This document shows, in pieces, positions 47,921 to 57,774 of a stretch of DNA of 64,000 nucleotides. The notes under the pieces are model-generated. The model had not been told where the DNA came from. It searched no databases and worked only from the letters and a program-made list of their open reading frames with translations. Location: NCBI GenBank assembly GCA_966211335.1, contig CBIHNF010000001.1, positions 76,078-140,077 of the forward strand, in the 5' to 3' direction. A program made the translations under genes and the position numbers. This DNA is from an uncultured Alphaproteobacteria bacterium (GTDB lineage: Bacteria > Pseudomonadota > Alphaproteobacteria > Micavibrionales > UBA2020). Numbering within the stretch: position 1 is the stretch's first letter; each line of letters starts with the position of its first letter.

Positions 47921-50539
47921 TTAAAGAACAGCCTTGCTGCGCAGGGGCACTTCTGCCGCCTCTTCAGCCATTTCTTCTGCATCATCGGATTCACTTAGCG
48001 GCAACGCCAGCGGGTGCAGCAGGGAACAACCGTCACGGTAGAGGGACAGGCGCTTGACGCCGAGTTCCCAGCCGAGCAGCAGCAGCTTCTGGACATCTTC
48101 AATCGCGGTGTAATGCGACAGCTCAATTGTGTGGCAGACCGCGCCGGAGAGGAACGGCTCCACTGCCGCCTGCATTTTTACCTGCGCGTCCGGCATGACG
48201 CGGCGGACACCGGAGCCTGCGGGCGCAATACCGTCAAACACGGCCATATGCTGCGGCAGCAGGTGCGGCGCGCCTTCCAAAGTCATGGCACCACAGCAGT
48301 ACAAATTCGCGTCATCAATATCGTCTTCGGAAAAGCCGAGCGCGCGCAGCATGTCGAAGGTGCCGCTCTCGAGGCTGCCGTTGTCAAAGCCCAGCATGCG
48401 CTGGCAGAAATCATCCCCCAGCGTCCATTTGTTGAAGACATAGCGGATATGCTGCGCGGTGCCGAGGGCTGCTTCCAAAGCATCCAGCGCCGCCTGATGG
48501 AAACCGAGTTTTTTTAACGACGCATGGTTGATGGCGGGGGCGGACAGCAGCGTGCCGTGGCCGACCGCATAGAAGTTGATGTCGTCAATTTCCGCCGCGC
48601 CATAGCCGAGCTTCTGCAGCGCGCGCGGCACCAAGGGATTGAGCTTCTTGCCATACAGCGCCGCCTGCTCCCCGCCTTCGAAATGGCCTTCAAAGCGCAC
48701 CAAGGCGGGTGCCGGCGCAATGTCGCGCGCGGGGGATGACAGCAGCGACTGCATGGCGGCGGGGGTGCCCAGCGCGGTCAAATGCGCGTGGCGGAAGCCT
48801 TTGTCCCGCCCCGCATGATAGGCACGCGCCCAGGTATCGCGCACGGCATCCGCCAGATGCGGGTCGGGCGACAGCGTGGCTTTCAGCTGCACAGGTCGGC
48901 GTGTCAGGCCCTTCTGCATGTAAGACGTGCCGTTGAAGGCGCTGATTTTATCCTTCAGCCCCTGCAGGCAGTTTTTTTCGAACTTCGGATAGGCCTCAAA
49001 CGCGCCGGTGCGCTGCGCGATCAGGCCGGAGGCTTCCTGCGCCGCGCCGGTGACCAGCGCCGTGACAAGCCCTGCCACCGCGCGGCCGGCGTCTGAATCA
49101 TAGGCCAGCGCATTGCCCATGAGCACGCCGGAAAGTCCCGTGACGCCGATATTCAGGGGGCGGTACTGCAGCGTTTCCGGCGAAGGATTGGAAATGGCGA
49201 AAGACGCTTCCAGCGCGAGGGTGATGATTTTAACAACATGCACCAGCCGTTCCGCATCCAGCACATGCGCGCCGGTGCTGAATTTCAACAGGTTGACAGT
49301 CGCGCCCGGCGCGGCAGTGCCGGGCAGGAAGATCATGCCGCCCGTGCCGCTGGGGCTTAAGGGCAGGCCCGCATCCTGCAGCGGCGAGGCGGCGGCCGAT
49401 GAGTCACGGAAAAACAGCGCGGGATCACCCGACGACCAAATGGCGGCGGCAATGCCGTTCCAGAGTTTTTCGGCAGGATAATGTTTTAGTGCCGCGCCGC
49501 CTTCCACCAGCATGAAGCTATGGCCGGTCAGCGCGCGTTCGATAAATTCGTCGGGCAGCGACAGCGTGGCATCGAGCGGCGGGGAGGTAATATCTTCTTC
49601 CACCGGTTGCAGGCCGATATCTTCATATCCCTGCTGCGCATAGCTCAGCGCCATGCGGATGGCGGCATCGCTGATGCCCGCACGGCGCGCTTCGGAAATC
49701 GCCAGCTTCAGGCGACCATTGTAAGCGGGATCAAAACCGAACACCGTATCGCGGTCGCAGGCGTCCATGATGTAATGCAGCGCGGAATCGAGAGCCTTGC
49801 GGCCGAGGGTTGCGGAAACCGTATCGATATCCGACTGGCGCTTCATGTTGATGAAGGCAAGGCTGTCGGCGCATTCAACCGGCAGCGTCACCGCGATTTT
49901 CTGGCTAGGCGCGTCGACGGCTTTTGCATCGCCAAGAATTTTCAGCCGCTTCAGAATATTTTTTTCCGGCGCATCGGCGCTCACCGTCACGGCGGCGGCG
50001 GCGATTTTATTGCCGGTGAGTTCCGTCGAGAACGGCAGGATCTGCGCCGTTGGTGTAAAACTTGCGGGCAGGCCATAGGCCCAGTCGAGGCCCGCGGCCG
50101 CCAGCGCCTTCAGCTCCAGCGCGGCATATTGGTGCAGCAGAATAAACTGCAGCTCGGCGCGGAAGGTTTTTGCTTCTTCCTCGCTGGTGAAGAGCCCTAC
50201 CTTCCAGCCGTGGTAGGTGAGGCCACCGGAGATGCGCGCAAAAACATCCGTGAAGTGCATTTCCTGCCCGTAGCGGAATTCGGCGGAGATGGCATCAAGC
50301 CCCTGTTCATCGGCGATATGCCGCCACAGCCATTGCGGCACGCCTGCTTCCTCGACCGGCAGCAGCAGCGAAGGGATAGGCATTTTGCAGAATATTTCGT
50401 CCACAAGGACGCTCGCCGCCGCCTCCCCCCAATGCTTGGGCACGGCGTATTCCACCCAGTCTTCGCCCTGAACGACGCGCGCCTGTACGGGGCTTTGCGG
50501 ATTCTCTTCGGCTTTTGTGAAATGACGGGCGATCAGCAA
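47921..50539 (-). CDS. Class II (B12-dependent) ribonucleotide reductase homolog with eroded catalytic motifs
   Basis: NrdJ landmarks GLTYHGWKVG, GLDWAYG, YDSDAGRA, YAVGHGTL, FNKWTLG, CGAMTLEGAP and LYRDG are present; NPCSE reads SPSGTG. Start uncertain (TTG 50539 or ATG 50584). Confidence 0.88.
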   Translation of the reverse strand: MLIARHFTKAEENPQSPVQARVVQGEDWVEYAVPKHWGEAAASVLVDEIFCKMPIPSLLLPVEEAGVPQWLWRHIADEQGLDAISAEFRYGQEMHFTDVFARISGGLTYHGWKVGLFTSEEEAKTFRAELQFILLHQYAALELKALAAAGLDWAYGLPASFTPTAQILPFSTELTGNKIAAAAVTVSADAPEKNILKRLKILGDAKAVDAPSQKIAVTLPVECADSLAFINMKRQSDIDTVSATLGRKALDSALHYIMDACDRDTVFGFDPAYNGRLKLAISEARRAGISDAAIRMALSYAQQGYEDIGLQPVEEDITSPPLDATLSLPDEFIERALTGHSFMLVEGGAALKHYPAEKLWNGIAAAIWSSGDPALFFRDSSAAASPLQDAGLPLSPSGTGGMIFLPGTAAPGATVNLLKFSTGAHVLDAERLVHVVKIITLALEASFAISNPSPETLQYRPLNIGVTGLSGVLMGNALAYDSDAGRAVAGLVTALVTGAAQEASGLIAQRTGAFEAYPKFEKNCLQGLKDKISAFNGTSYMQKGLTRRPVQLKATLSPDPHLADAVRDTWARAYHAGRDKGFRHAHLTALGTPAAMQSLLSSPARDIAPAPALVRFEGHFEGGEQAALYGKKLNPLVPRALQKLGYGAAEIDDINFYAVGHGTLLSAPAINHASLKKLGFHQAALDALEAALGTAQHIRYVFNKWTLGDDFCQRMLGFDNGSLESGTFDMLRALGFSEDDIDDANLYCCGAMTLEGAPHLLPQHMAVFDGIAPAGSGVRRVMPDAQVKMQAAVEPFLSGAVCHTIELSHYTAIEDVQKLLLLGWELGVKRLSLYRDGCSLLHPLALPLSESDDAEEMAEEAAEVPLRSKAVL

Positions 50540-50722
50540 GGGAATAACCAATTGAATTGAAACAAAATCAATAGAGAACGGCATTATGGGGCGGCCCCGA
50601 CTGTCGCATAAGCCACAGGGCAAAATCAATCGTTGCTTGGAAGGCGTTGCGGGGCAGAAAAAAGTTGCGCTTTTCAACCATCTGGGCTTATTTATGGTGC
50701 TTGTAGAATTAAAGGAACCGCG

Positions 50723-51115
50723 ATGGCGAAAATTTCCATATTCGGCGTTATCAGCAATGTGCAGATGCTGTTCCACACCATGCTGCGCGGCAGCTTTGTC
50801 GGCAAGGACACGCTCGGCAATAAATATTACCGCGGCAAGCCCCGCAAGGGCACGAAACGCGAGCGCCGCTGGGTGATGTTCGCCGGCGCGCCCGAAGCCT
50901 CGACCGTACCGCCGGAATGGCATGGCTGGCTGCACCACCAGACGGATAAAGTGCCGCCGCTGAACGGCAGCCACCACCGCAAGCCCTGGCAATTGCCGCA
51001 CCAGCCCAACCAGACCGGCACCGCCGGCGCCTACCTGCCCCCCGGCCACACGCTGAAGGGCGGCGCGCGCGATGGTGCCACCGGCGACTACACCGCCTGG
51101 CAGCCGCCGCGCTAA
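50723..51115 (+). CDS. NDUFA12-family complex I accessory protein
   Basis: VGKDTLGNKYY, RRWVMF, PPEWHGWLHH, HQPNQTGT, DYTAWQP. Confidence 0.92.
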   Translation: MAKISIFGVISNVQMLFHTMLRGSFVGKDTLGNKYYRGKPRKGTKRERRWVMFAGAPEASTVPPEWHGWLHHQTDKVPPLNGSHHRKPWQLPHQPNQTGTAGAYLPPGHTLKGGARDGATGDYTAWQPPR

Positions 51116-51157
51116 ACTTTAATTCCGCCTGCATTATTCCCGCGAGACGAGGACGTC

Positions 51158-51748
51158 ATGAAAAGAAATATGGTTGAAACAATTCTGGGCGCCGTGGTTC
51201 TGCTGGTCGCCGGCTGTTTCCTGCTGTTCTTCTACCGCACGACGGACATCAAACCCGCAACGGGCTACGAGCTGGTCGCGGAATTCGACAAGATCGACGG
51301 CCTGCAGGTCGGCACCCCCGTGCGCATCAGCGGCGTCAAGGTCGGCCAGGTGACGCGCTTTGAACTCAACCACAAAAACTACCGCGCCGATGTGTACCTG
51401 AATGTGCAGGATGATGTGAAACTGCCGGTCGACAGCTCTGCCGTGATTGCGAGCGCCGGCCTGCTGGACGGCAAATTCATGACACTGACTCCCGGCGGCG
51501 ATGAAGAAATGCTGAAGCCCGGCGGCCATATTGAATACACGCAGTCGAGCGCGAGCCTGGAGCAGATGCTGGGCCAGTTTATCTTCAGCGTCAGCAAATC
51601 GAAAAAATCGGACGACGAGGACGAAGCTGCCTCGCCTGAGAAAGACGCGCCGAAAACGCCGGATGCGACCGAAGATAAGGCACCGGAAAAATCGGGTGAC
51701 GCCCCTGCCCCCGCCACCAATAAAGACGACGGAGACGATCACCCGTGA
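51158..51748 (+). CDS. mlaD: MlaD/MCE protein with acidic tail
   Basis: TM anchor, DGLQVGTPVRISGVKVGQV, GLLDGKFMTLTPG. Confidence 0.92.
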   Translation: MKRNMVETILGAVVLLVAGCFLLFFYRTTDIKPATGYELVAEFDKIDGLQVGTPVRISGVKVGQVTRFELNHKNYRADVYLNVQDDVKLPVDSSAVIASAGLLDGKFMTLTPGGDEEMLKPGGHIEYTQSSASLEQMLGQFIFSVSKSKKSDDEDEAASPEKDAPKTPDATEDKAPEKSGDAPAPATNKDDGDDHP

Positions 51749-52551
51749 TGCGTCCTTTCCTCCTTCTTGGCCTTTTGCTGCTGGCGGCAACGCCCGCACA
51801 AGCGGATGGCCGCCAGATGGAGGACACCAGCACGGTTGTGCTGCGCACGATTGACAAGCTTTCCGCCCGCGCGCATACCTTTGACATTCCCGTCGACAAG
51901 ACGGTGAAATTCGGCAATTCGCTGTTCATCAAGGCCCGCGCCTGCCGCAAGTCATCGCCGCTCGACACGCCGGAATCGGCCGCCTTCCTGCAGATTTGGG
52001 AGCGGAAACCGAGCGAGCAGACGGCGCACTGGATTTTCAGCGGCTGGATGTACGGCTCCAACCCCTCGCTCTCCTACATGGACCATCCGGTCTATGACGT
52101 CTGGGTGATCGAGTGCAAGAATGCGGTCACAACCGCGAAGGCATCGGAAGAATTCTCCTCCGAAAAAGTGCCGGAACATGCGCCGGCCAAAGACGCTGTC
52201 GCGCCCGCTTCATCGGACAAATCCGCCGCCGCGACGACGCCGACCGCCGTGCCGCTGACGGATAAATCCGGCGACAAGGCGGAAGTCAAAGCCGCCGATA
52301 AATCCAAGCCTGACGCCAAGCCCGCGCTGCTGAAGCCCGAAGCGCATAAGGGCGCGGCAGACCCTGAAAAAGAACTGCTTGACCGTTCGGTGTCGGAAGA
52401 TGACGACGGTGATGCCGACAAGCCCGCCGCAGCGCCCGTTCCCGCCGGTGAAATTGCGCCGGACGCCAAGCCGACGCCCGCCCCGCCGATTGAAAAACTG
52501 CCGGGCTCCTTCGAGGACGGCGAAGACCCCAATAATCTTCCCGCCGACTGA
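51745..52551 (+). CDS. DUF2155-domain protein with Pro/Ala/Lys/Asp-rich tail
   Basis: Signal peptide, LRTIDKLSA, AFLQIW, IFSGWMYGSNPSLSYMDHPVYDVWVIEC. Confidence 0.88.
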   Translation: MMRPFLLLGLLLLAATPAQADGRQMEDTSTVVLRTIDKLSARAHTFDIPVDKTVKFGNSLFIKARACRKSSPLDTPESAAFLQIWERKPSEQTAHWIFSGWMYGSNPSLSYMDHPVYDVWVIECKNAVTTAKASEEFSSEKVPEHAPAKDAVAPASSDKSAAATTPTAVPLTDKSGDKAEVKAADKSKPDAKPALLKPEAHKGAADPEKELLDRSVSEDDDGDADKPAAAPVPAGEIAPDAKPTPAPPIEKLPGSFEDGEDPNNLPAD

Positions 52552-53135
52552 CCGCCGAAACTTACATCCATCGCTATGGCTTTCTTCAGCTGCCACTGAT
52601 AGTCGCGGCGCGGAATTTCATGCGCGCCGAACTGCAGCAGGTGATTGTTGATGAACTGCGTATCCAGCAGAACATAGCCGCACTGCCAGAGGCGGGAGAC
52701 GAGGTAGACCAGCGCAATCTTGCTGGCATCCGTCGCGGTCGAAAACATGCTCTCGCCAAAGAACGCGCCGCCGAGCGAAATGCCGTAGACGCCGCCGACC
52801 AGCTTTTCGCCCTGCCACGCCTCGACGCTATGCGCATTGCCCTGATGATGCAGCGCGGTGTAGAGGTTTATAATATCGTCATTGATCCAGGTTTCCGCCC
52901 GCACATCGGCGCAGCCGCGAATGACGCCTGCAAAATTTTCATCGAAGCTGATGCGGTAGGGGCGCTGGCGGATGGTTTTGGCAAGGCGCTTTGGCACATG
53001 CAGGTGCGGGATTGATAGCACTCCGCGCCGCGGCGGGTCGTACCAGTTCAGCTCCGTCCCGTCCCTGCCCTCCGCCATCGGGAAGATGCCCATGGCATAG
53101 GCCTGCAACAGCAATTCGGGCGTAATTTCTGTCAT
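52092..53135 (-). CDS. aat: Leucyl/phenylalanyl-tRNA-protein transferase with a long read-through extension
   Basis: LLQAYAMGIFPM, WYDPPRRG, HSVEAW, GGAFFGESMFS, DASKIAL, LDTQF; no stop until 52092. Confidence 0.92.
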   Translation of the reverse strand: MTEITPELLLQAYAMGIFPMAEGRDGTELNWYDPPRRGVLSIPHLHVPKRLAKTIRQRPYRISFDENFAGVIRGCADVRAETWINDDIINLYTALHHQGNAHSVEAWQGEKLVGGVYGISLGGAFFGESMFSTATDASKIALVYLVSRLWQCGYVLLDTQFINNHLLQFGAHEIPRRDYQWQLKKAIAMDVSFGGQSAGRLLGSSPSSKEPGSFSIGGAGVGLASGAISPAGTGAAAGLSASPSSSSDTERSSSSFSGSAAPLCASGFSSAGLASGLDLSAALTSALSPDLSVSGTAVGVVAAADLSDEAGATASLAGACSGTFSEENSSDAFAVVTAFLHSITQTS

Positions 53136-53638
53136 AGGCTTTTGACAAGCTTCAACGTCAGCAAATCATCGATCGGGCGCAGCTCACCATTTTTGACCGG
53201 CACATCGTCATAGCAGGCACCGGCGCCATCGGGCACATAACCGCGCTGCACATACAGCCGCTGCGCCGCCCCGTAGCGCGGGTAAAGGCCGACGCTGATG
53301 GCGATATCTGTGCCGCCGCGCCGCTTCACTTCCTGCTCGCAATATTCCACCAGCGCCGCGCCAATGCCCTGCTGCCGCGCATCGGGCACAACATTCAAGT
53401 CCTGCACTTCAGGCATGTTGAAACGGCGGAAGGGCGGGTAGAGCGGCTTGAAATTCAGCTGCACATAGCCGACCGGCGCATCCGCAATGGCAAGCAGGAC
53501 AAGGCGATTGCCGGCATCTTGCTCGGCAAGGCAGCGCTCGAAGTAGTTTTCCTCGTGGGTCTGCTTCATCGCGACGGCGATTTTATCGAGCGCGCCGATA
53601 TCGGCGGCGGTGGCGGTGCGGATATTGATGTTTGTCAT
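53132..53638 (-). CDS. GNAT acetyltransferase
   Basis: VQDLNVVPDARQQGIGAAL, AAQRLYVQRGYVPDG; start 53638; ATGA overlap with aat. Confidence 0.88.
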   Translation of the reverse strand: MTNINIRTATAADIGALDKIAVAMKQTHEENYFERCLAEQDAGNRLVLLAIADAPVGYVQLNFKPLYPPFRRFNMPEVQDLNVVPDARQQGIGAALVEYCEQEVKRRGGTDIAISVGLYPRYGAAQRLYVQRGYVPDGAGACYDDVPVKNGELRPIDDLLTLKLVKSL

Positions 53639-53774
53639 ATATTGCAGCAGCTCTTCCGCTTCCTTGCCCTGATGTTGCCTAATCCTAACTTGCCTTTTGG
53701 CGGCAAACCAACCATTTTTGCTGGTCTTGACCGCCCTAAACGGGGGATAATAAAGCGGGTAACAGGCGAGACAG

Positions 53775-55067
53775 ATGACGGCCGAAATCTTCAATTACAT
53801 TCAATCGCAGGGAAAGCTGCCGCTGTTGTGGCCGACGGGCGCTTTTGCGAGCGGTATTTTCCTCTACCTCGCCCTCCGCTCCCACTATCGCAGCCTTGCC
53901 GATAAAGAAACATTAAGCGCGCGCTGGTATCGCCGCCTGCTGCCCCTCTCCGCCCCCCTCGCCGCAGCCCTGATCCTCGTCACGGAACACGCCGTGCTCG
54001 GCAAAAAGGGCGTCGCCGTGGACGAGGGCTATGTGCATGTGGTGCGTACTTTGTGGTCTTGCTGGTTTTTGATCGCGGCCGTTTATGTCCTGACGCACAG
54101 CCGCTTGAAGACCATTTTTGCCGGCGGCTTCGTGGTGCTTTTCGGCTTCCTGTCGGTGACGGACCTGCTGCCGGATGTCATCAAGTTCCTGTCCGACATT
54201 TCTTTCGCCGTCGGCAAGATCGAAATTTCACTGTATCAAATCTGCAAGTTCACAATCGCGATCGTGCTGCTAGTCTGGCTGTCCGGCGCCATCCTGCGCG
54301 GTATCGACCTGTCGCTGCAAAAAATGCAGCACCTGCGCCCCTCGACGCGGCAGCTATTCAACTCCATCTCGCGCGTGACGGTTTATGTGATTGCAGGGCT
54401 CGTCGCCCTTTCAACCCTCGGGATTGATCTTACCGCTTTCGCCGTCTTCGGCGGCGCCCTCGGCGTCGGGCTCGGCTTTGGTCTCCAGAAAATCGCCTCC
54501 AACTTCATCAGCGGGCTGATTTTGCTGTTCGAGCGCTCGATCGAGGTCAATGACATGATCGAGATGCACAACGGCGACACCTTCGGCATCGTCAAGAAAA
54601 CCGGCGCGCGCTATACGCTGGTTGAAACCTTCGACAATCGCGAGATTATGATTCCGAACGAGGATTTCATCAGCCAGCGCGTGACCAACTGGACGCTGTC
54701 CAACGCGCGCGGTTTGCTCAAAATTCCGGTCGCCGTTTCCTATGAGGCGGACCTTGAAACCGCGCGGCACATCCTGCTGTCTGCGGCGCGGGAACACCCG
54801 CGCGCGCTGGCGGAGCCGCCGCCTGTCTGCCTGCTGATGGGCTTCACCGACCTTGGCGTCAACATGCAGCTGAACATCTGGATCGGCGATATCCGCGAAA
54901 AACGCATGACGACGCAGAGCGAAGTTTTAATGTCCATCTGGCGCAAGTTTTCGGAGCATGGCATCGGCCTGCCGCACCAGGCGCGGGAATCGCATTATCG
55001 CGCGCGGGAGAAATACAAGGCGGAACGCGCGGCGCTCGATGCCGCGAAAGAGGCGGAGAAACAGTAA
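53775..55067 (+). CDS. mscS: MscS-family mechanosensitive channel
   Basis: GGALGVGLGFGLQKIASNFISGLILLFER, IPNEDF, VSYEAD. Confidence 0.93.
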   Translation: MTAEIFNYIQSQGKLPLLWPTGAFASGIFLYLALRSHYRSLADKETLSARWYRRLLPLSAPLAAALILVTEHAVLGKKGVAVDEGYVHVVRTLWSCWFLIAAVYVLTHSRLKTIFAGGFVVLFGFLSVTDLLPDVIKFLSDISFAVGKIEISLYQICKFTIAIVLLVWLSGAILRGIDLSLQKMQHLRPSTRQLFNSISRVTVYVIAGLVALSTLGIDLTAFAVFGGALGVGLGFGLQKIASNFISGLILLFERSIEVNDMIEMHNGDTFGIVKKTGARYTLVETFDNREIMIPNEDFISQRVTNWTLSNARGLLKIPVAVSYEADLETARHILLSAAREHPRALAEPPPVCLLMGFTDLGVNMQLNIWIGDIREKRMTTQSEVLMSIWRKFSEHGIGLPHQARESHYRAREKYKAERAALDAAKEAEKQ

Positions 55068-56036
55068 ATGGAAGAAACCAAGGCCTGCCTGTTATCTTAC
55101 GTGCTCGACGGCAATGGCGGCGGCGCCGTCGTTGACCTTGCCACCATCACGCCGGAAGACCCGCGCTTTATCTGGATTCACCTGAACGGCCGCCATGCCG
55201 ACGCGAAGAAGTTTTTGCGCGATGCTGTGGGGCTTGACCCGCTTATCATCCGCTCCCTTGTGGCGGAAGAAACACGGCCGCGCCTTGAAGTCGTCAATGA
55301 CAAGACGCTGATCATGGTGCGCGGCATCAACTTCAACCCCGGCCCCGCGCCGGAGGACTTGGTTTCCATCCGCATCTGGATTGACCGCAACCGCATCATC
55401 ACCGTCGGCCGCCGCAAGGCCCGTGCCGTCGCCGATATCGACGACCGCATCCGCCACAACCGCGGGCCGCGCCGCGTTGGCGAATTCGTCTCCCTCCTCT
55501 GCGCGCATCTGAACGAGGGGATCGAGCCGGCGCTGAACGAGCTTGAAATCAACATCGACAAGCTGGAAGAAATCTCGCTTGAGAACCCGGATGCCAAACT
55601 GCGGCACGACATTGCCGCGGTCAGGAAGCAGGCGACGCTGTTCCGCCGCCATATGGGGCCGCAGCGCGAAGTCTTTAACCGGTTGCAGGGCCTCGACCAG
55701 CCATGGCTGACGCCCGCCGATAAATGGTCGATGCAGGACAACAACGACCGCATGACCAACTTCCTCGAAGACCTCGATTCCATCCGCGAACGCTCGCAGA
55801 TTTTGCAAGATGAGCTGTATTCAGCGCTGTCCGCCAAGCTGAACAAGAACCTTTACGTTCTTTCTGTCATCACTGTCATCTTCATGCCGCTGACCTTCGT
55901 TTCCGGCCTCCTCGGCATGAACGTCGAGGGGATCCCGGGCGCGAAGGACCCTTACGCCTTTATCATCGTCTGCGGGTTGATTGTCGCGCTGGCGGCGGGG
56001 CAGCTGTGGATCTTCCGCAAGTTGAAGTGGGTTTAA
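55068..56036 (+). CDS. zntB: ZntB/CorA-family transporter
   Basis: WIHL, ETRPR, LVSIRIW, PLTFVSGLLGMNVEGIPG. Confidence 0.9.
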   Translation: MEETKACLLSYVLDGNGGGAVVDLATITPEDPRFIWIHLNGRHADAKKFLRDAVGLDPLIIRSLVAEETRPRLEVVNDKTLIMVRGINFNPGPAPEDLVSIRIWIDRNRIITVGRRKARAVADIDDRIRHNRGPRRVGEFVSLLCAHLNEGIEPALNELEINIDKLEEISLENPDAKLRHDIAAVRKQATLFRRHMGPQREVFNRLQGLDQPWLTPADKWSMQDNNDRMTNFLEDLDSIRERSQILQDELYSALSAKLNKNLYVLSVITVIFMPLTFVSGLLGMNVEGIPGAKDPYAFIIVCGLIVALAAGQLWIFRKLKWV

Positions 56037-56169
56037 CTGGCATTATGGGCATTCGAGCCTAAACGGCCTCGGGCTCGACGCTATTGATTTATCGGCGTAT
56101 ATTTGTTGGAATCGTTTACGCCATGCCGTCATTATTCAGGCCGCTGGCAACATATGAAATTAATGGCGC

Positions 56170-56652
56170 ATGGCTGATAATAAACAAAAAATTTCCATGA
56201 CGATGCTGATATTCCTGCTTCTTGTTGCAGCAGCGAATTTTGCGTTTGTGAACATCGCCTTTAAAAATAATGGCCAAACCGATGACGGCTTCATTGCGCC
56301 GATTTCCGGCGGCTCCAACGCCACTTTCACCGGGCCTGCCGTTGTTGGCCCCAACGTCGAGCCTGAGCTGCGCGGCGAAGTGGTGGTCGAGAAAAAAGAA
56401 GGCGGCAAGTACGACATCACCATCTTCGCCCAGAACAAGAAAAAGCAGCCGGTTATTCTTGAGGGCTTTTCCGCCGATGTCCATCTGCTGGGCATGACCG
56501 AGCCCCGCATGATACCGGCCTTCCGCAAGGTGGGCGACGGTAAATATACCGCCACCATGACCTTCCCGGAAAAAGGCCGCTGGGAAGTACGCGTCCGCCT
56601 CAACAAGAAAAATGAATCGCTGGAATTTTACCAGAGCTTCGATATTTTCTAG
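56170..56652 (+). CDS. YtkA/FixH-like membrane-anchored Ig-fold protein
   Basis: N-terminal TM; GDGKYTATMTFPEKGRWEVRV. Confidence 0.7.
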   Translation: MADNKQKISMTMLIFLLLVAAANFAFVNIAFKNNGQTDDGFIAPISGGSNATFTGPAVVGPNVEPELRGEVVVEKKEGGKYDITIFAQNKKKQPVILEGFSADVHLLGMTEPRMIPAFRKVGDGKYTATMTFPEKGRWEVRVRLNKKNESLEFYQSFDIF

Positions 56653-56667
56653 TCAGTCTCCGGCCTT

Positions 56668-57774
56668 TTAACCCGCTTTCTTCTTCGGTGCGGCATGGCG
56701 GTTGCTGTGGAAACCGCGTAAGTATTGCGGCGGCGCATCGACATCGGCACCAAGCGCCTGCGCCGCATTCAGCGGCCAGTGCGGGTCACGCAGCGACGCC
56801 CGTGCGATAAAGACCATATCTGCCGCGCCATCCTTCACAATGTCATTTGCCTGTGAAGGCTCGGTAATAAGGCCGACGGCCGCAACGGGAATGCCGCTTT
56901 CCGCACGGATTTGCTTTGCAAAAGGCACCTGATAGCCGGGGGTTGAAGGAATTTTTGCATCGGGAATATTGCCGCCGGAAGAGCAATCGATAAAGTCGAC
57001 GCCCCTCTCCTTCAGCTGTTTCGCAAGGCGCACAGCGGCATCGATATCAAAGCCGCCGTCTTTCCATTCGCTGCAGGAGAGACGCGCGGCCAGAACGATA
57101 TGCGCGGGGATGGCGGCACGCACAGCGCTGGCAACTTCAAGAATAAGGCGGGCGCGGTTTTCCTCGGTGCCGCCGTAGTTATCCGTCCGCTGGTTGCTGA
57201 AGGGCGAGAGGAATTCATGCAGCAGGTAGCCATGCGCGCCATGCAGTTCGATAATCTCGAAACCGGCGGCGACGGCGCGTTTCGCGGCAGATACAAAATC
57301 ATCGGTCAACTTTTTGATATCATCAAGACTCATCGCCTGCGGCACGGGTGAATCCGGTGAAAAAGCAATCGCGGAGGGGCCGATGGTCTGCCAGCCGCCC
57401 TGCGCTGCTGTGAGCGCCTTGCCGCCCTCCCACGGCACGGCGCAGCTGGCTTTGCGGCCCGCATGGCCGATCTGGATGCCGGGCGCAGCGCCATGTCGGC
57501 GGATAAACGCGGTGATACGCTTCAACCCTTCGACATGCGCATCGAGATAGATACCGTGGCAGCCGGGGGTAATACGGCCTTCGGGCGTCACGCCAGTCGC
57601 CTCCATCATCACAAGCCCCGCGCCGCCGGCCGCCCGCGCGCCGAGGTGTACGAAATGCCAGTCATTGGCGAAACCGTTCACGGCCGAATACATGCACATG
57701 GGCGAAATGCCGATGCGGTTACGCAGTGTCAGCTGGCGGAAGGTGATGGGCTGGAAAAGGGCGACGTCGGTCAT
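56668..57774 (-). CDS. namA: NADH:flavin oxidoreductase (old yellow enzyme, NamA/YqjM type)
   Basis: SPMCMYS, QIGHAGRK, HGAHGYLLHEFLSP, NQRTDNYGG, LRDPHW. Confidence 0.93.
   Translation of the reverse strand: MTDVALFQPITFRQLTLRNRIGISPMCMYSAVNGFANDWHFVHLGARAAGGAGLVMMEATGVTPEGRITPGCHGIYLDAHVEGLKRITAFIRRHGAAPGIQIGHAGRKASCAVPWEGGKALTAAQGGWQTIGPSAIAFSPDSPVPQAMSLDDIKKLTDDFVSAAKRAVAAGFEIIELHGAHGYLLHEFLSPFSNQRTDNYGGTEENRARLILEVASAVRAAIPAHIVLAARLSCSEWKDGGFDIDAAVRLAKQLKERGVDFIDCSSGGNIPDAKIPSTPGYQVPFAKQIRAESGIPVAAVGLITEPSQANDIVKDGAADMVFIARASLRDPHWPLNAAQALGADVDAPPQYLRGFHSNRHAAPKKKAG

Noticed and set aside
50540-51049. N-terminal 170 codons of the 1042-aa ORF
   Set aside because: Antisense to the NDUFA12 gene; NrdJ similarity begins only at LLIARHFTK (about 50539).
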